Shown here piece after piece: positions 17,721 through 25,831 of a DNA stretch of 32,000 nucleotides. A program made the translations under genes and the position numbers. Numbering within the stretch: position 1 is the stretch's first letter; every line of letters starts with the position of its first letter. The notes beneath the pieces are model-generated. The model worked only from the letters and a program-made list of their open reading frames with translations. It searched no databases and had not been told where the DNA came from. The DNA is from a bacterium (GTDB taxonomy: Bacteria; UBP7; UBA6624; JBBIMK01): NCBI GenBank assembly GCA_037444445.1, contig JBBIMK010000014.1:19626-51625 (forward strand). Direction: 5' to 3'.

Positions 17721-17723
17721 CCT

Positions 17724-18230
17724 ATGCACTCTCGTGAGACCTTTGAACGCCATATCCAAGAACTCTACGAAAGTGCAGAAAAGTTCAAGAGAAAGAGCAG
17801 GGAAATCGCGGCGTCTGCACAGGGGCGAGAGATGTATACTATCCAACCCAAGGAGTTGACTTCAGGAATTAAAGCAGGACTTGTCATTGAAAACTACCTG
17901 GGGGGCTTGTATCACCTGACAATTGATGAGTGGAAAGTAATAAATGACGCGATTGGCATCATCGAGTGCAAACATACAGAGCGGACCGCCTTGCCTTCAA
18001 GGGATGACATCAAGGACGCACTACTAAAGATGGCTCTATGGACCAACCTGAAGTCCATTCAGTATGGAGGGGAATCGTTCCCCGTCGTTCCGATCCTCCG
18101 CCTCACCTTTGCAGGTAGCACAGAGGCAGCCATAAACAAAGGGCGCAATAGAGATTTGGTCGCCGGACTCAAGGAAGAAGCCACAACTAACCGCTTTCAA
18201 TTATGGCTTAACGACCAGCGATTAGCATAA
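17724..18230 (+). CDS. small PD-(D/E)xK (restriction endonuclease/Hjc-like) fold protein, putative nuclease
   Basis: E-x11-D-x12-E-x-K arrangement: VIENYL..LTID..GIIECKH (nt 17889-17972). Start taken at ATG 17724 (alternative 17700). The ORF-track start at 17469 overlaps the minus-strand remnant and reads as low-complexity Pro/Ala sequence. Confidence 0.5.
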   Translation: MHSRETFERHIQELYESAEKFKRKSREIAASAQGREMYTIQPKELTSGIKAGLVIENYLGGLYHLTIDEWKVINDAIGIIECKHTERTALPSRDDIKDALLKMALWTNLKSIQYGGESFPVVPILRLTFAGSTEAAINKGRNRDLVAGLKEEATTNRFQLWLNDQRLA

Positions 18231-18300
18231 TTGCGTCACGCGGCCCCGACACTACCTCGCGAAGAAACCAGGCTCAGGGAATTTCTGATTTGCAGATTGC

Positions 18301-20439
18301 TTAATCAAGACTTAGGTGCTTCAGAATCTTGCTGTAAAGCTCTCGGACTTCAGAAGGACACTCAGTCGCATGACCCACAGCCCGTCCAACGAGGGCCTTG
18401 CTCTTACCAAACTGTTTTTCCGCGTCGTTGTACTTCTTGTTTGAAATGCTCTTAAAAAACTGTTCAGATTCCTCATTCGCAGTCTTTGCTAATGTGAATA
18501 CTCCACATTCCTCAGCGTGTTCCTTGACGCTTGCGAAGTTGATTTTGGTCGGTGGTTTGTTTTTAACGGTATACCCTGCACTTTCCAGTTGTTTTAGAAC
18601 ATTTTGTTGTCTCTTATTCTGAAGGTCGTAAGAGAGAGCTGGGCCATCACAAATGATGACCACGGGAATCCCGATGCTCCGGCAAATTGATGCATAATTA
18701 CCAAACTGCTGGTCCCCTCCGACTGAGAGCAAGGCCAAGTCAAGTTCTTCAGGAGATTTCTTACTTAGCGTTTTGGCTGCCTTAGGTAACCAAACTGAAA
18801 GTGCTCCGAGAAGCGTGTCGTCTTCCAGCAAGATTGCACCACGGGCAAATAGGAGTTGTCTGACCTCGGCATATTGTGAGAGATGGCGAATCATCTGCCC
18901 CGCACGCTTAGTTTCCGCCGGAAGTGTCAACCTTTTATGCCCAGTCCTATCTTCTTCCAGATAGAAGCGATGGATTTGCCGGATGTTTTGGTCATCCTCG
19001 CACGACACGAGATAGGGTGAGTGGGTAACCACGAAAAATTGTGCGCCACTATTTTGCTTCAGAACTCGGAGTATTGATGCTTGTCGTGTCGGATGGACGT
19101 TAGCCGCCGGTTCATCCAGAAAAATCACGCGACCCTCAGGCTCCCATAGTAAGGAACAAAGGAATAAGGTTTCCCAGTTCCCGGCTCCGGTCAATTCAAT
19201 AGGGATGTCGCGTTCAGATTTGGGAACGACAATGGAAATGAAGGAGCCGGGCTTATTCTCTTTGGGAACAATTCGCGATTCATGTTTCACATCTACCTCG
19301 TGGTCCGTCAATTCCCTGAACAGTTCAGCGATTTTCTTGTACCGCTCGCGGGATTGAGCATCCCCATTCTTGAGGTTGAAAAGATAAAGCGGAAGGTTCG
19401 CGCCATCCCGCAAATTCAAGTCCGCCCTCGATTTCTCGTAGATGTCGTACTTTGTCTGAGGAACACTCCTGATGTTTGATGTTACGATAAATGAACGCCG
19501 AAACAGAGCACCAAGGATAGAATACAGCCCATAACTTCTCGTGTCAGTTAGGGGGTTTTCACCTACGAGTTCAGAAAACTTGCGGATGAGTTCCGCTCCT
19601 TCACTTTCACGCTCTACCGCGCGGAGCTTGTTACCCTCGAGACGCATTGATACAATGGCGTCTTCAGAGAAAATCCCTCGGAGAGCGAAAGGTTGATTGA
19701 ACAGCACGTCCGGCTCCACAAGTGGGTCTGTGCAATCGCCTTTACACTTTTGATAGTTTCGTATTAGAGCCTGAATGGGGTTGATGTGGGAACGGTCTGC
19801 AGTCTTATTTGCGTGTTCAACCCCATCATAATATGGATGAATCCACCAGCGATACGCCACACTATCAACTTCGAACTCCCAGTAACACTCCCAGTTTTCC
19901 CGTAGCGCTCCAGCATATGACATCGTGAGCGTGCCGTGCAATAGGTCATCCAGCACTTTTTGGCTCTCCAGACTTTTCTGCACCCATTGTGGTATCTTCG
20001 CGGAAACTTTCTCAGCGAATCCCCGCCGAAGAGTCTGAATTTCTTCGGGTTCCATTCCGGTCTGTTGCAGGTTTGGCGCAAATTCGTTATTGAAGGCACT
20101 CTCCGCATCGTCCCGTGAGAGTGAGCATAGGCAAAGTTTGAAGAATGTGAGGAAGGCTTCTCTCTCATCGTCCCTGTCAAATGACACTCCAATTCTCACC
20201 AGGAAAGTCGGCGTTCCAGCGCCAATGCGGACAGCCTCGTTCCAGGGTCTCCAGGCACCTGTCCCCTTTGCAAATCCGACAAGATTATCTCGGAGCATCT
20301 CAAAAGCCCGAATGAAGTTCGTCTTACCGGCTCCATTGGGACCTACGAGCATATTCAGATGCTCGTCCAACCCCTCTATGGAAATCTCTTCAAAAGATAA
20401 GAAATCCTTCGCGTAGAAACTTGTGAATTTCATCTTCAT
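18301..20439 (-). CDS. OLD-family-like ABC-type ATPase with C-terminal Toprim-like domain
   Basis: Walker A GPNGAGKT (nt 20320-20343), signature-like LTGAGNWE, Walker B VIFLDEPAANVHP, H-loop VVTHSP, and a long insert between Walker A and B as in AAA_15/OLD proteins. C-terminal LLFARGAILLEDDTLLG and GIPVVIICDGPA resemble the Toprim Glu and DxD strands, but DxD is reduced to D-G-P. Confidence 0.8.
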   Translation of the reverse strand: MKMKFTSFYAKDFLSFEEISIEGLDEHLNMLVGPNGAGKTNFIRAFEMLRDNLVGFAKGTGAWRPWNEAVRIGAGTPTFLVRIGVSFDRDDEREAFLTFFKLCLCSLSRDDAESAFNNEFAPNLQQTGMEPEEIQTLRRGFAEKVSAKIPQWVQKSLESQKVLDDLLHGTLTMSYAGALRENWECYWEFEVDSVAYRWWIHPYYDGVEHANKTADRSHINPIQALIRNYQKCKGDCTDPLVEPDVLFNQPFALRGIFSEDAIVSMRLEGNKLRAVERESEGAELIRKFSELVGENPLTDTRSYGLYSILGALFRRSFIVTSNIRSVPQTKYDIYEKSRADLNLRDGANLPLYLFNLKNGDAQSRERYKKIAELFRELTDHEVDVKHESRIVPKENKPGSFISIVVPKSERDIPIELTGAGNWETLFLCSLLWEPEGRVIFLDEPAANVHPTRQASILRVLKQNSGAQFFVVTHSPYLVSCEDDQNIRQIHRFYLEEDRTGHKRLTLPAETKRAGQMIRHLSQYAEVRQLLFARGAILLEDDTLLGALSVWLPKAAKTLSKKSPEELDLALLSVGGDQQFGNYASICRSIGIPVVIICDGPALSYDLQNKRQQNVLKQLESAGYTVKNKPPTKINFASVKEHAEECGVFTLAKTANEESEQFFKSISNKKYNDAEKQFGKSKALVGRAVGHATECPSEVRELYSKILKHLSLD

Positions 20440-20453
20440 TCCACCTACCCTCC

Positions 20454-20462
20454 ATTATAGCA
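20454..20462 (-). promoter_or_regulatory. possible extended -10 element (TGCTATAAT) upstream of the ATPase gene
   Basis: The minus strand reads TGCTATAAT-GGAGGGTAGGTGGA-ATG. Only 14 nt separate the -10 element from the start codon, so the transcript would have a very short leader. Confidence 0.3.
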
Positions 20463-20567
20463 TAACACACCTATACAACTGCGAGTTGCCCCTAAAATGA
20501 CTCATAGATGGACTTTCGTGATGAACAGGATGTCTTCTACCGTCGGCGGTGTGCCTTCTGAGGCAGG

Positions 20568-21044
20568 CTATTCCACCAGCCCCAATTCCCTCATCACTTC
20601 TATCAGTTTCTCGCCGTAGTTTGGGTCGGAGGAATAGACTCCGGTGAGTGCGCGGGCGAAGCATTCAGCATCCTGCCCGCAGGACAGCGCTCTGTGGTAG
20701 ATGTATTTTCCTTTCTTCTTTCGGAAGAAGAGGCGGGCATGGTCAACCACACTTTCCTTCAAGTCCTCATAGACCTTAAAGGCTTCCTGCCTTCTATCCC
20801 AGCCTGACGGGGTATATTCCCAGGTGTAAAGGAAAACGGAGGGCTCACCCTTTCGGGCTTTGACGCCGAAGTAGTTGTTGGCATTCCGGGCAAGCCACGA
20901 TTGCCCCCAGCCGGATTCTAATAGCCCCTGCGCCACCGTCACCTGATAGGGGATGGCATCATAAGGGGAAATGGAGTGGACCTCTTTCGCCGCCTGAATT
21001 AACTCCTCCAGAAACTTCTTTCTTCCTTCGGATAATTTCGTCAT
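20568..21044 (-). CDS. N-acetylglucosaminidase-domain cell-wall hydrolase (FlgJ/LytD-type, phage-lysin-like)
   Basis: Glucosaminidase signature VAQGLLESGWGQSWLARNANNYFGVKA. No signal peptide. Confidence 0.8.
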   Translation of the reverse strand: MTKLSEGRKKFLEELIQAAKEVHSISPYDAIPYQVTVAQGLLESGWGQSWLARNANNYFGVKARKGEPSVFLYTWEYTPSGWDRRQEAFKVYEDLKESVVDHARLFFRKKKGKYIYHRALSCGQDAECFARALTGVYSSDPNYGEKLIEVMRELGLVE

Positions 21045-21409
21045 CGTTTCTCCTTCCCCTCGCTATTTCCTTTCAGCCTTAACAGGCACGCTGTTAAGTG
21101 GTTCATCGCCCTGGCCCTTTCACCCAGCCACCTGCCCAGGTCGTTCTCTGACAGGTTCAAGTAGATTATATTATGAGCGGGCTCAAAAACGAGTTCCAGT
21201 AGTTCATGAAGTAAAGCCGACTCCACCTGCTCCCGGGGGCACTGCCTGGAAACCTCTAATAGTGCGTATTTCCCCTCCGGGTCCACCACCTCCAGTTCCG
21301 CCCGATTCCCGGGTAGCAAGTAGACCACCTGAACCTCTATTTCCCAGTCCAGAAGGTCCAGGCGTCTTTGCCACTCCATCAAAATATCCTTCAGGGTTTT
21401 TGGGTTCAT
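21041..21409 (-). CDS. hypothetical protein, translationally coupled to the glucosaminidase
   Basis: ATGA overlap with the downstream gene. Start set at ATG 21409 (MNPKTLKD), 7 nt after GGGAGGTGA, rather than the ORF-track start at 21472. Contains LLHELLELVFEPAH, a zincin-like but non-canonical motif. Confidence 0.5.
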   Translation of the reverse strand: MNPKTLKDILMEWQRRLDLLDWEIEVQVVYLLPGNRAELEVVDPEGKYALLEVSRQCPREQVESALLHELLELVFEPAHNIIYLNLSENDLGRWLGERARAMNHLTACLLRLKGNSEGKEKR

Positions 21410-21567
21410 ATCGTCACCTCCCGTCATTCTAACCCAAGCGTAAGATGGAAAAAGGAGAGGGCAAGGGTTCACCCCCCTAGGGGGGGAAGGAGTTCAGGAT
21501 GGTAATGCCTGCTTCCGCTGGATAGAATGTGTTATGATAGATGTGGGTGGGCGGGAGAGGATGCAAA

Positions 21568-22206
21568 ATGATAAAGAGGGAAGCGAAGGAGTGGGACGAA
21601 AGTTACGGGGAAGGGTTTCCACCGGCCTGGGACACGGGCTTCCCTTCCCCCCTTCTGGTCAGGCTGGTGGAGCAGAATCCCGGGCTGAAAGGGTGGGCGC
21701 TGGATGTGGGCTGTGGCACGGGCACAAACGCCATTTACCTTTCCTCCAGAGGCTTTCAGGTGGTGGGGATTGACCTCTCACAAAAAGCCCTGAAAAGAGC
21801 AGAAGAAGGGGCGAAAAAGGCAGGCGTTCCGGTCCATTTCCTCCACGAAGACTTCCTTCGGTGCATCCCCCATATCCTTCAAATTCCCCATTTTCCCGGC
21901 GTCTTTGACCTGGTTTTTGACCGGGGGTGCTTCCATTCCTTCGTGAACTCAAAACGCCCCGCCTATGTCCGAATCCTCAAACAGTTAACCCGCCCCGGAA
22001 GCGTTTACCTGATGATTTGTGGAAGTGCGAAGGGACGCTGGCCCGCTACCCAGGGACCCCCAAAGGTTCGGAAGATGGAAATCCTTCACACCTTCCGTGG
22101 CGCCTTCCACATCCTCTCCATTGACGACACCCATTTTGAAGCCACTGCGGAATACCCGGACCACCGCCCCTGCGCCTACGCCTGCTACCTCCTCCGCAAG
22201 CCCTGA
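21568..22206 (+). CDS. class I SAM-dependent methyltransferase (small-molecule type, TPMT/TehB-like)
   Basis: Motif I ALDVGCGTGTNAIYL, post-I VVGIDLS, and DLVFDRGCFH. No (D/N/S)PP(Y/F/W) or PCQ DNA-methyltransferase motifs. Start at ATG 21568 follows GGGAGAGGA. Confidence 0.75.
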   Translation: MIKREAKEWDESYGEGFPPAWDTGFPSPLLVRLVEQNPGLKGWALDVGCGTGTNAIYLSSRGFQVVGIDLSQKALKRAEEGAKKAGVPVHFLHEDFLRCIPHILQIPHFPGVFDLVFDRGCFHSFVNSKRPAYVRILKQLTRPGSVYLMICGSAKGRWPATQGPPKVRKMEILHTFRGAFHILSIDDTHFEATAEYPDHRPCAYACYLLRKP

Positions 22207-22299
22207 AGGCTGATATGCAGGGAATATCAGGATGATAACAGCCTGCCGGCAAGCACCTCTTGACACCATACATTTTGAACCGCATCTTCACCCTCTGGC

Positions 22300-24354
22300 T
22301 TACGGGAAAGAGGCAGTCTTCAGGAAACGCTCGGAGAAAAAGAGGGGAAGGGAGGAAGAGAGGGAATTTCCACGATTATCCAGCGCACGAATAACAACAT
22401 AAATGGTAGTTGGAATAGAAGGAAGGGTGTATGAAACCCGCTTCACAGTTTGAGGTTGAAGTATTGGCTCTTTCGTCCATTTGCATGAAACTTCATATCG
22501 GAACCATGCGTAGAAAACAGAGTATTGCTGAGCGGAGCGTTTTTCCGATTCGCAGAAAGAGATTTCGTAGGAGACGGCCCCCGGATAAGGCTCCCACTCT
22601 AAAACCTCCCCGGCTCGCGCAGGAGATTTCGTGAGGACCTGGATGGCTCTAACAATCCGTATGGTTCCCAGCGTCGCTTCTGGGTTTTCAGCGGTAATCT
22701 GAATTTCGGGTAGAAAATAATGGGCAAGGGAAGTGCTGGATGGCTCTGTCAGGATGTCCTCCGGAAGGTTCAAAAGCAGGCGATAGGTTCTGTAAGGAAG
22801 GGAGGAAATGAGGAAGGAGCCATCTGCATTCAAAGGAAAATGGGTGACCTCGGTGGGAAACTCATCCTTTTCGGTAAATAAGTTTTTCACACGGGGGGAA
22901 ACAGAAACCCACACTCTTCTCACATCCGCATCCGGCTTCAGGACGCCGGGCATAAATTCCACTTTGCCGGAAACCTTCCCTGCCCGCTCTATGGAGAAGG
23001 CATCCTCCTTCGCTACTTCAACTCGGTTTTTGTGTTCTTCCGGCGCACCACCGTAACCTCTCCGGGCTTTGGGAAACAGAGCCATCTGGCGGTTGACTCG
23101 CCTCTGGAAGCTTTCCTCGGCTTGTTGAGCAGAAGGCACCTGGTGATGGAACGCAAACTCAATGTATCTGGCTTGTGCCCCCCGGTCCGTATCTTTCAAC
23201 ATCATAAAAGCCTCCCAGAGGGCTTTCGCTTCCTCCCGGGATAAGAAAGGGTCATTCTGGCTGAAAGTTTGAAGCACCAGCCCCCAGATTGCGCTCGTTT
23301 TATAAGGCTGAAGCGTTGCTTTCCGAATGAAATACTCTCGGAATGCCGGATACTCCACAGAATGCCGTTTCATACCAGTAAAACCGGGGAGGGGCTCTGA
23401 CAGATGAAACCTTTTCAAGGAGGGCTCAAGGTCAGCAGGTAAACGGTTAGACCACGCTTTCATAAAAGAATCGTGCATAGCGGTATAAATCTTCAGGGTG
23501 ATACCCTCGGGGTATATCATTGCATGGATTCGGGCGATTCCAGGCGGTCTGCCGGGATAAGCTGGAAATTTCTTATGACTCCGCTGAATCCACGAGTATG
23601 CGGGGAGGCAGAAAAGAACCGTTAGAACCAGGCTAATGAGGAGCATTTTTCGCATTTCCCCCCATCCTTTTGCTTTTTGCAAAGCAGGAAACAGCCACCA
23701 CACGAGAGCCATCGCTAAGCCTGCTCCCAGGAAGGGAATCAGGCGGAGAAAATAGTCGGGAAATTCCAGTATTGCTATTTCCATGTTCCAGCCGATGAAA
23801 TATAAGGAGAGGAAAATCACACTCACCGCGATGATAACAAAATACAGCCCCCGAAGCCAGCCTGCGAGGATGGGAACCGCCCCAAACTTCGTTCTCTCTA
23901 CCTTCATCAAAAGGAGTTCCGAAATCAGGAGAAAAGGGAAAACGGTCAGGCTCATCTTAAACAGAAACCCGGGAGTGAGCATTCGCGGATATATGGGATA
24001 GTATCCAAAAATCTGAAGTGTATACGGATGAAACTGCATCACCACACTGGCGAGAATCAGCATCAGAAACAGGAGAAACTGGATGAGGCGCAGGAAACGA
24101 ACCCAGAATCTGGCGGGCTTCATCCACACCCAGAAAAGCCAGATTCCCCAGATAATCAGCGCAAAAAAGGAGGGCAGGACAAACAGAAATGGCTTCCGAA
24201 ATAGACGGAACAGGAATGCCAGAATGTAGTGCCCCACATTCAAACTCTCTGGACGAAAGAAAAGCCTATCGTCGGTGAGGGCAGAGTAGCAAGATGCCCA
24301 CATCAGAAACATCCACAATCCGATTACTAACCCATAAAATGCCACTTTACGCAT
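22300..24354 (-). CDS. polytopic membrane protein with a large C-terminal soluble region
   Basis: About 8-10 hydrophobic helices in the first roughly 270 aa, followed by about 400 aa of soluble sequence ending in beta-rich, Fn3-like segments (EVLEWEPYPGAVSYEISF). No catalytic motif recognised. Confidence 0.6.
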   Translation of the reverse strand: MRKVAFYGLVIGLWMFLMWASCYSALTDDRLFFRPESLNVGHYILAFLFRLFRKPFLFVLPSFFALIIWGIWLFWVWMKPARFWVRFLRLIQFLLFLMLILASVVMQFHPYTLQIFGYYPIYPRMLTPGFLFKMSLTVFPFLLISELLLMKVERTKFGAVPILAGWLRGLYFVIIAVSVIFLSLYFIGWNMEIAILEFPDYFLRLIPFLGAGLAMALVWWLFPALQKAKGWGEMRKMLLISLVLTVLFCLPAYSWIQRSHKKFPAYPGRPPGIARIHAMIYPEGITLKIYTAMHDSFMKAWSNRLPADLEPSLKRFHLSEPLPGFTGMKRHSVEYPAFREYFIRKATLQPYKTSAIWGLVLQTFSQNDPFLSREEAKALWEAFMMLKDTDRGAQARYIEFAFHHQVPSAQQAEESFQRRVNRQMALFPKARRGYGGAPEEHKNRVEVAKEDAFSIERAGKVSGKVEFMPGVLKPDADVRRVWVSVSPRVKNLFTEKDEFPTEVTHFPLNADGSFLISSLPYRTYRLLLNLPEDILTEPSSTSLAHYFLPEIQITAENPEATLGTIRIVRAIQVLTKSPARAGEVLEWEPYPGAVSYEISFCESEKRSAQQYSVFYAWFRYEVSCKWTKEPILQPQTVKRVSYTLPSIPTTIYVVIRALDNRGNSLSSSLPLFFSERFLKTASFP

Positions 24355-24380
24355 TTTTCCTGCTCTCCCTCCTCAATTCT

Positions 24381-24389
24381 ATTATAGCA
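24381..24389 (-). promoter_or_regulatory. extended -10 promoter element (TGCTATAAT)
   Basis: The minus strand reads TGCTATAAT, then 26 nt containing GAGGAGGGAG, then the ATG at 24354. Confidence 0.35.
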
Positions 24390-24526
24390 CCACACTGCCA
24401 CATTTATCCTCCCTGCTGAAAAAAAGTGTATCACCCCTGTCAATGCCCCTGTGATTTCCCCTGTTTAACCGATACACTTTTCACCGGTCCCCTACCCGCT
24501 ATTCTCCCCTGACGATTGCCTGCTGG

Positions 24527-25669
24527 CTACGCTAACGGTGTATACGATGCGGCGGGGGCGCTGGAGATAAAATAAATGGTGGGCTGAAGGCGAAGAATCG
24601 CCCGATACCGCCAGTCCAGATGCCTGAAAAGTTCTGTCGGGTCGGGGGATTTCATCAGAGCCAGGCAGGCACCCCCGAACCCGCCTCCCATCAGCCTTGC
24701 CCCCGCAGTTCCCCGATAGGTCATCAGGGCAGACCACAGCGCGTTCAAATCATCGGAGGAAGCATGAAAATGGTCCCGAAGGGAGGCGTGGGTGGCGCAC
24801 ATCAGTTTTCCCAGAACCCGGTACCGCCTCTGCTCCAGGGCTTTCACCGCTTCCCGGACGCGGATATTTTCGTAGACCACATGACGAGCACGGGCATAAC
24901 TGGCCGAGGTCATCCGGTTGATGGCGCTTGCGTGCATTTCTGGCGTGACATCCCGGAGGCTTTTCACTTCGGGGCGGTGTGTTTGAAACACTCTCACCGC
25001 TTCCTCGCATTCTTGCCGTCGGAGATTATAATCCGCTGAGGACAGTTTTCTCCTGCTTCCGCTATCCACCACTACGAATCGCCACTTGCCGAGTTTTAAC
25101 GGAATATACCGATACAAAAGGTATCGGCAGTCTAATAGAAGGGCATAGTCTTTTCTGGCGAAGAGGACGGTGAACGGGTCCATAATACCGCACCGCACGC
25201 CGACGAACTCGTTCTCCGCCCTCTGTGTCAGGAGAGCCATTTCTCTCGGTGGAATGTTCAACCCACTCCCTTTTGCAATGGCAAGGAGGGATGCCACCTG
25301 TAAGGAAGCGGAGGAAGAAAGCCCTGCCTCCAGAGGTAAATCGCTCTGGATATATAAATCCTGCCCACGAATCGGATATCCCGCCCGGCTCAGCGTCCAC
25401 ACCACCCCCCGAACATAATTCGCCCATTCCTTCTCCGGATGAGGTGTCAGCCCTTCCCGGTCAAACTCATCCCAATCCTGGAAGGCTTCCGTGAACACCC
25501 GAAAATGGGTCCCCTCTCCACAAGCCTGATAAACACGCGTCCCCATCTGGATGGCAAAGGGCAGGACAAATCCTTCATTATAATCCGTGTGCTCCCCGAT
25601 GATATTCAGCCTGCCGGGTGCCCAGGCAAATCCCTCCGCTTTCTTCCCATATTTCTCCTCAAATCCCAT
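24527..25669 (-). CDS. galK: galactokinase
   Basis: Galactokinase signature GRLNIIGEHTDYNEGFVLP, GHMP-kinase motif LEAGLSSSASL, and C-terminal GGGFGGA. Confidence 0.9.
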   Translation of the reverse strand: MGFEEKYGKKAEGFAWAPGRLNIIGEHTDYNEGFVLPFAIQMGTRVYQACGEGTHFRVFTEAFQDWDEFDREGLTPHPEKEWANYVRGVVWTLSRAGYPIRGQDLYIQSDLPLEAGLSSSASLQVASLLAIAKGSGLNIPPREMALLTQRAENEFVGVRCGIMDPFTVLFARKDYALLLDCRYLLYRYIPLKLGKWRFVVVDSGSRRKLSSADYNLRRQECEEAVRVFQTHRPEVKSLRDVTPEMHASAINRMTSASYARARHVVYENIRVREAVKALEQRRYRVLGKLMCATHASLRDHFHASSDDLNALWSALMTYRGTAGARLMGGGFGGACLALMKSPDPTELFRHLDWRYRAILRLQPTIYFISSAPAASYTPLA

Positions 25670-25716
25670 CCGTTCTACTACTATACAGGAGAGAGGGTGA
25701 ATAGGGAAGAGCCCTC

Positions 25717-25762
25717 AAATAATGTCACCTTTTGGGGTCAGACCCCAAAATCTCAGTTATTT
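25717..25762. repeat. 46-nt intergenic element, copy 4 (variant)
   Basis: AAATAATGTCACCTTTTGGGGTCAGACCCCAAAATCTCAGTTATTT. It has the same length, the same AAATAATG terminus and CCTTTTGGGGTCAG as copy 1. Its centre is a perfect palindrome, TTTTGGGGTC-A-GACCCCAAAA. Confidence 0.65.
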
Positions 25763-25831
25763 GAAATCGTGATAAATGTCATTGTTTTCCTCTTTGACCT
25801 GTTTGAAAATGTATAACAGGAGGGATGAAAG

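Noticed and set aside
20455-20664. 69-aa minus-strand ORF between the ATPase and glucosaminidase genes
   Set aside because: It overlaps the glucosaminidase 3' end in another frame, is Arg-rich low-complexity sequence, and has no Shine-Dalgarno sequence.
21568-22206. SAM methyltransferase as the modification partner of the PD-(D/E)xK protein (a restriction-modification system)
   Set aside because: It lacks the (D/N/S)PP(Y/F/W) and PCQ/ENV DNA-methyltransferase motifs. It is short and TPMT/TehB-like, and it is separated from the nuclease by three genes on other strands.
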